A stretch of DNA of 64,000 bases from an uncultured Gammaproteobacteria bacterium (lineage in GTDB: Bacteria > Patescibacteriota > Microgenomatia > Levybacterales > GWA1-39-11): positions 557 to 64,556 of the forward strand of contig CAYPEN010000003.1 of assembly GCA_964409875.1 (NCBI GenBank). The letters are read 5' to 3'. The position numbers and the translations under genes are program-made. This document shows positions 57,907 to 64,000 of the stretch, in pieces. Numbering within the stretch: position 1 is the stretch's first letter; every line of letters begins with the position of its first letter. A model generated the notes under the pieces. That model saw only the letters and a program-made list of their open reading frames with translations. It did no database searches and had not been told where the DNA came from.

Positions 57907-59523
57907 TTGGGCTTTACTAATACTTGGAATATACTTCTATCATCTTATTTGCAAAACCGGAAGATGTTAAAAATCGCTTTTTTAATAGGTATCTATTCGT
58001 ACTTTATTTTATTCCTTGGACTCATAGGTTGGCTAAATAATACGTTTTTATTTCCTATAACAGTTTTTTTTGCGTTAGCTTTTCTATTTATTAACAAAAA
58101 AGAGTTAAAAAATTTACTCCAATCAAAAGTAAGAATTGAGAATAAAAGGGATTATTATTTGTATTTAATTCTCGGTATTTTGTTCTTAGTAAATCTTGTA
58201 GGGGCGCTTGGACCGGAGTTAGCGTTTGATGCTTTATGGTATCACTTAACAATTCCAAAAATGTATCTTTTGAACAACAAAATATATTTTATTCATGGAA
58301 ATCTTTTATACTACAACCTTTTGCCACGCATTACCGAAATGTTATATACCGCAGCATTGTCATTGAGTAATGAAATAATTGCCAAAGTAATTCACTATTC
58401 TTTTGGTATTTTATCCAGTTTTGCGCTATACAGGCTTTCGCGAATATATCTTACGAAAAAATGGGCAATTATTACGGTTATTATTTTTTATTCAAATCTC
58501 GTCATATCTTGGCTTTCTATAACCGCTTATTCCGATTTGCCGCGCGCTTTTTTTGAAATACTTTCCTTCTATTATTTTTTACTGTACAGAAAAGAAAAAA
58601 AGAATTCTCACTTTGTTATTAGCGCATTGTTAATGGGTTTTGCAATATCTACAAAAATTTTGGCTATCGGTACTGTTATTATTTTTACCATTCTTATTTG
58701 GTCACAAAACACCAGCATATTTTTTAAATTGAAAAAAACTCTACTTTTTATGACACTTTCAGTGTCTGTACCTCTTCCTTGGTTTATTATTTCCTTTTTA
58801 TATACGGGCAATCCTTTTTTCCCGTTATTTTCTCATTTGGGATTAAGAAATTTTTCACTAGAACTTTTATCACCTTTCACATTTATAAATACATTTATTA
58901 ATATTTTCCTTTTTTCGCCTGATCCTATCAGCCCAATATACATAGTATTCCTTCCTTTTGTTTTTCTGTTATTAATTTCAAAATTCAAGAAATACAAGAT
59001 GCTTTTTCTTTATTCAGTGCTCTCCTACATAATATGGTACACAACCTCTCAATCAGGTGGTGCCAGATTTCTCGCAGCATATTTGCCCGCTTATTCTGTA
59101 CTTATTGCGTTAGCGTTAAGCCAGTTGAAGAGAAAAACTATTCTTTCGATTTCTTTTGGTCTCATATTTCTTATTGCAACAACTACGATAGTATATCGGG
59201 CTATTGCAAACATGAAGTACGTCCCTGTGATAATTGGCAGTCAAACAAAGGAGGATTTTTTAATGAAAAACCTCAATTTTTCTTTCGGAGATTTTTTTGA
59301 TGAAAATTCAATTATCAAAAAAATTGTTGGGACTAAGACGGTTGAGTTGATAAATATGCACAACCTTTATTACGTTGATTTCCCTTTTACTCTTAAGGAG
59401 TTTTCCGACAATTCGAAAGCCGCGTATGTCCTAGTCCAAGGAGGAGACCTTCCGACAACCTACAATAATCCACAACTCATATATAAAAACGACAAGACCC
59501 ATGTTAAACTCTATAAATTATGA
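57907..59523 (+). CDS. polytopic membrane protein, GT-C-like
   Basis: 538 aa, more than 12 TM, loop GPELAFDALWYHLTIPKMY. Confidence 0.4.
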   Translation: MGFTNTWNILLSSYLQNRKMLKIAFLIGIYSYFILFLGLIGWLNNTFLFPITVFFALAFLFINKKELKNLLQSKVRIENKRDYYLYLILGILFLVNLVGALGPELAFDALWYHLTIPKMYLLNNKIYFIHGNLLYYNLLPRITEMLYTAALSLSNEIIAKVIHYSFGILSSFALYRLSRIYLTKKWAIITVIIFYSNLVISWLSITAYSDLPRAFFEILSFYYFLLYRKEKKNSHFVISALLMGFAISTKILAIGTVIIFTILIWSQNTSIFFKLKKTLLFMTLSVSVPLPWFIISFLYTGNPFFPLFSHLGLRNFSLELLSPFTFINTFINIFLFSPDPISPIYIVFLPFVFLLLISKFKKYKMLFLYSVLSYIIWYTTSQSGGARFLAAYLPAYSVLIALALSQLKRKTILSISFGLIFLIATTTIVYRAIANMKYVPVIIGSQTKEDFLMKNLNFSFGDFFDENSIIKKIVGTKTVELINMHNLYYVDFPFTLKEFSDNSKAAYVLVQGGDLPTTYNNPQLIYKNDKTHVKLYKL

Positions 59524-60716
59524 GCGATAAGGTTGCAAAAATTCTCTTGTATGGGCTTTTGGTAACTTTTCCTCTAGGCATGTTAGTGCGATTTAAGGTT
59601 GCCAATAATATATACATTACCCCTCAAGACATAATTGTTTTTTTCCTTTTTATTCTTTCCATTGTGAGCTTCATTAGAATGAGGAGGAATTTTATGACAG
59701 ACAAATTTATGCTGTTTCAGGGTTTGTTTTTGTTTACCGGTCTCATAAGTCTTATTGTTAATGCTTTTCTTTATAAAGACATCAACTTCTTGGTGTCCAT
59801 ATTATATCTTTTGAGGTATGTTATTTATTTATCTCTTTTTAATATTTCAAATTTGTTTGAAAAAAAAGGTTTTGAAAGAAAAATTTTAGTATTCAGCGGA
59901 AGTACTTTTCTTATGTTGGGATTTTTGCAATTCTTTCTGTACTACGATTTAAAGTATTTGTATTATTTGGGATGGGACAACCATCTTTACAGACTTTTTT
60001 CGACTTTTCTTGATCCTAACTATGCAGGAGTTTTTTATTCACTTTACTTTATTTTTACATTTTCCGATGTACTGTATAAAAAAATAAAGCAAAGTTATAA
60101 AGAGCTTGTTTTGTCATTCTTTATAGTAATTGCTGTATACCTTACTTATTCAAGAACAGCCCTGATATCCTTTTTGGTTGGTATTGCAACCATTGCAATT
60201 TTAAAAAGGAAGTTAAAGATTTTCCTTTTCAGTATTCTTGCATTCGTAGTGCTTCTTTCAACATTGTCAGATGTATCAATTGAGGGTCTTAATCCCTTCA
60301 GGACTGCCTCAAGCGTAGAACGAATAATTTCTGTTAAAGAGGCTTTGACTATTTTCTCGGACAACCCAGCAATAGGTGTTGGATTTAACGCATATCGGTA
60401 TTCATTGATAAGAAATGGTTTTCGCACCGGTGTAGGTGTTGCCATGAGTAACGCAGATGCTGGGACGGACAATAGTTTTCTCTTTGTTCTGGCTACTACG
60501 GGAGTTATCGGTTTCACATTTTTTGCTTTGAGTTACCTTTTTCTCTTGAAAAAATTATATGCAGAAAGGTTAATAGTGGGAATTATTCCTTTTTGCCTGA
60601 CTATTTCTTTTCTTGCATCTAGCCTTTTTCTAAATGTGTTGTTTTACATGCCGATATTAATATTTGTTTTTATAGTTATTTCTTTACGGAGGCAGGTGTT
60701 TGGGAAATTAGAATAA
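59520..60716 (+). CDS. O-antigen ligase/polymerase-like (Wzy_C family) membrane protein
   Basis: About 10 TM, central YLTYSRTALISFLVGIAT block resembling the Wzy_C motif and a large extracytoplasmic loop. Confidence 0.45.
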   Translation: MSDKVAKILLYGLLVTFPLGMLVRFKVANNIYITPQDIIVFFLFILSIVSFIRMRRNFMTDKFMLFQGLFLFTGLISLIVNAFLYKDINFLVSILYLLRYVIYLSLFNISNLFEKKGFERKILVFSGSTFLMLGFLQFFLYYDLKYLYYLGWDNHLYRLFSTFLDPNYAGVFYSLYFIFTFSDVLYKKIKQSYKELVLSFFIVIAVYLTYSRTALISFLVGIATIAILKRKLKIFLFSILAFVVLLSTLSDVSIEGLNPFRTASSVERIISVKEALTIFSDNPAIGVGFNAYRYSLIRNGFRTGVGVAMSNADAGTDNSFLFVLATTGVIGFTFFALSYLFLLKKLYAERLIVGIIPFCLTISFLASSLFLNVLFYMPILIFVFIVISLRRQVFGKLE

Positions 60717-60734
60717 AATGGCCAGCGAAAGAAT

Positions 60735-61469
60735 CTAGGGGTTGTAGGTCACTTTTAATTGTTTTTGTGTGGTAAGTCCTGCCGGGTTTTGAGCCTGAAT
60801 TAGGATTTGGTTATCTCCATCATTAAGGGTTAATTGATAAGAAAATTTGCCGTCATTATCAACAATTGCAATGAACGAATTTATGCTAACAGTGTTCTCT
60901 GGGTCAGTTTGACCTGTTACCGTAATTGTCTTGTCAGCCCTCGTTAGTGTAGCATTATCAATAGGAAAAGTAACTTCAAGTTTGGGTTTATCATTAATGT
61001 AATTAACCTGGAAATCTGGGGTAAATGCGCTTGATTTATTCCCTTTGCTAAATCGGGCCTTTATTGTATTGGCTCCCTTTGCAAGCGATATATTCTGTAC
61101 AGAAAAATCTAATTTGTCATGAATTTCAACTTCTTTAGCCAATTCATCGTCTACATACACTTCAACTGTTCCACCCTTGTCCGGTGCATAGCCGTTAAAG
61201 TTAATTTTTGCGCTTTGCGTAGCATCAGGTATTCCGCTAAGAGTAGGGGGCTGGAGAAGTTCGTGTCCCACTAATTGGCTCCCATCACTTTTGTCTCCTC
61301 CTCTCAATGTGTAAATCGCGTTACCAAATATATTGATAAGTCCCGGTCCAAACTGAATAAGTATTCCAATCAGTAGTATTATGCCAAGTGTAAAAAAAAG
61401 CGCTTGTCTTTTGTTCTGTTTTTCGCTGGTTCTTGCGAGGCGTGATGTTCGCATGCGGCGTTGTATCAT
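60735..61469 (-). CDS. membrane-anchored beta-rich (Ig-like?) protein of unknown function downstream of atpC
   Basis: N-terminal TM FFTLGIILLIGILIQF then a T/N/V-rich domain. Confidence 0.4.
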   Translation of the reverse strand: MIQRRMRTSRLARTSEKQNKRQALFFTLGIILLIGILIQFGPGLINIFGNAIYTLRGGDKSDGSQLVGHELLQPPTLSGIPDATQSAKINFNGYAPDKGGTVEVYVDDELAKEVEIHDKLDFSVQNISLAKGANTIKARFSKGNKSSAFTPDFQVNYINDKPKLEVTFPIDNATLTRADKTITVTGQTDPENTVSINSFIAIVDNDGKFSYQLTLNDGDNQILIQAQNPAGLTTQKQLKVTYNP

Positions 61470-61474
61470 AGCTC

Positions 61475-61879
61475 TTAATGACGTTTAATTTTGTCTGCCA
61501 CCTTAAGCTCCAGTAAGGACTTTTGTAAATTTTTCTCTGCCATTATCAACTCCGCGGTGGTCTGTTTGTTTTTCAGTATTTCTTCGGCTAATTTTTTGGC
61601 CTCAAGAGAACGAGCAGTCTGAATTGAGTCTGCCTTAACGGCGTAATCGGACAAAACCATCACCGAGTCTTTTCTTACTTCGAGAAATCCTCCCAATATA
61701 GCAATTATAGTTTCCTTTCCTCCCTTTTTTATTGTAATAGTTCCTTCGGATAACTTAGCAAACAATGGTACATGGTGGGTTAGTACTGAAATTTCACCTT
61801 TGAATGTCGGAAGTTGTACTTCATCAATAGTATCCGAAAAAACCTGCCCTTCCGGAGAGAGAATTTTTAATTCGAACAT
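61475..61879 (-). CDS. atpC: F0F1 ATP synthase subunit epsilon
   Basis: ILSPEGQVF...V.LPT.GEISVL.HH.PLFAKL; directly after atpD. Confidence 0.85.
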   Translation of the reverse strand: MFELKILSPEGQVFSDTIDEVQLPTFKGEISVLTHHVPLFAKLSEGTITIKKGGKETIIAILGGFLEVRKDSVMVLSDYAVKADSIQTARSLEAKKLAEEILKNKQTTAELIMAEKNLQKSLLELKVADKIKRH

Positions 61880-61882
61880 AGT

Positions 61883-63337
<1,455 letters not shown>

Positions 63338-63339
63338 GC

Positions 63340-64000
63340 TCATATTTGTATACTATTTGAAAGATCAAGAATTTCGTTAGTTATTCTCTCTTGGCGTGAC
63401 TTATTATAAACAAGGTTGAGGTATTCAGCAATATCGGAGGCATTATTCTTTGCATTCTGCATCGCCACCATTTGGGCTGCTTGTTGGGAAGTATACGAAA
63501 CGAGGAGTGCGTTATAGAGTTGTACCTCAAGGTAGTACGGGAGAAGCTCCTCTAAAATAGTTTCTCTTCCGGGTTCGAGTAAAGAGGTGGCATCGTCAGG
63601 TTGCGCGACCGTTTCTTCAATCTGTAGAGGGAGGAGTTGTTTAACAACAGGAGTTTGTGTGAATAGCGAAACGAAATCGGCATAAAGAACCGAAACAGTT
63701 GCAACATTCCCTGATTTGATTTCCTCGTCTATAATGTTCTTAAGCTCATAGACAAGCGTATAATCCGGTAAGGAATTTCCCATTGGATAGGTAAGTAATA
63801 GCTCAAAACTTAACTTCGATGCAAAAAGCGAAGCCTTTTTTCCCACCGTAACCACTTTGGTGTTTCTGTCATCAACTTCAATAAGTTTTTTGTAAATATT
63901 GGTATTAAGTGAGCCACAAAGTCCCCTGTCAGGACTTATTACAATAAGAAGTTGATGGGCGGCAAGTTTCTTATCAAGGTACGGGTGGGAAAATTTACTT
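63340..64000 (-). CDS. atpG: F0F1 ATP synthase subunit gamma, N-terminus beyond window end
   Basis: C-terminal AMQNAKNNASDIAEYLNLVYNKSRQERITNEILD signature; the frame stays open to nt 64000 (SPDRGLCGSLNTNI seen). Confidence 0.8.
   Translation of the reverse strand, partial: SKFSHPYLDKKLAAHQLLIVISPDRGLCGSLNTNIYKKLIEVDDRNTKVVTVGKKASLFASKLSFELLLTYPMGNSLPDYTLVYELKNIIDEEIKSGNVATVSVLYADFVSLFTQTPVVKQLLPLQIEETVAQPDDATSLLEPGRETILEELLPYYLEVQLYNALLVSYTSQQAAQMVAMQNAKNNASDIAEYLNLVYNKSRQERITNEILDLSNSIQI

Overview
This is a 64 kb, AT-rich window (around one-third GC by eye) read with the standard genetic code; isoleucyl-tRNA synthetase is uninterrupted. The gene content (dense glycosyltransferases, sortase, L21-L27) would fit a reduced-genome uncultivated lineage such as CPR/Patescibacteria, but this is a low-confidence guess.

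- **Positions 1-7200, candidate integrative element.** It opens with a 5'-truncated tyrosine recombinase. A divergent set of small ORFan genes follows, including an HTH protein, and then a plus-strand run of unknown genes.
- **The most unusual module (5205-7200).** The plus-strand run ends in a translationally coupled three-gene unit: a GHKL (anti-sigma-kinase-like) ATPase, a STAS-like small protein and a two-helix membrane protein. I consider this a candidate novel partner-switch, defence or abortive-infection system.
- **Structured element in the island (2140-2243).** A 100-nt GC-rich element (about 58% GC in an AT-rich background) with pseudoknot potential sits in the leader of the island gene at 2242.
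- **Positions 7.4-22 kb, housekeeping genes.** These include a YgjP-like metallopeptidase, a pseudouridine synthase, a membrane acyltransferase, a Cas4-like PD-(D/E)XK nuclease, a polysaccharide deacetylase and a carbamoyltransferase with two small membrane partner proteins. They continue with a sortase and a tiny secreted peptide, ileS, ftsW-like, rplU-rpmA, an orphan parB and lepB.
- **Positions 22.3-60.7 kb, glycan biosynthesis supercluster.** It holds several GT2, GT4 and GT17-like glycosyltransferases and a four-gene GDP-heptose pathway (gmhA, hddA, hddC and gmhB analogs). It also has NDP-sugar dehydratases, a reductase, a C-methyltransferase, a nucleotide-sugar dehydrogenase and three further methyltransferases. 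The rest are a flippase, two paralogous SGNH hydrolases, an O-antigen-ligase-like protein and at least nine large polytopic GT-C-like membrane proteins.
- **Window end.** The last 3.5 kb carry atpG (partial), atpD and atpC.
- **Repeats.** Two short repeat loci (10322-10467 and 63262-63337) share the core TAAGCAAAGCTTG.

No CRISPR array, rRNA or convincing tRNA was seen.
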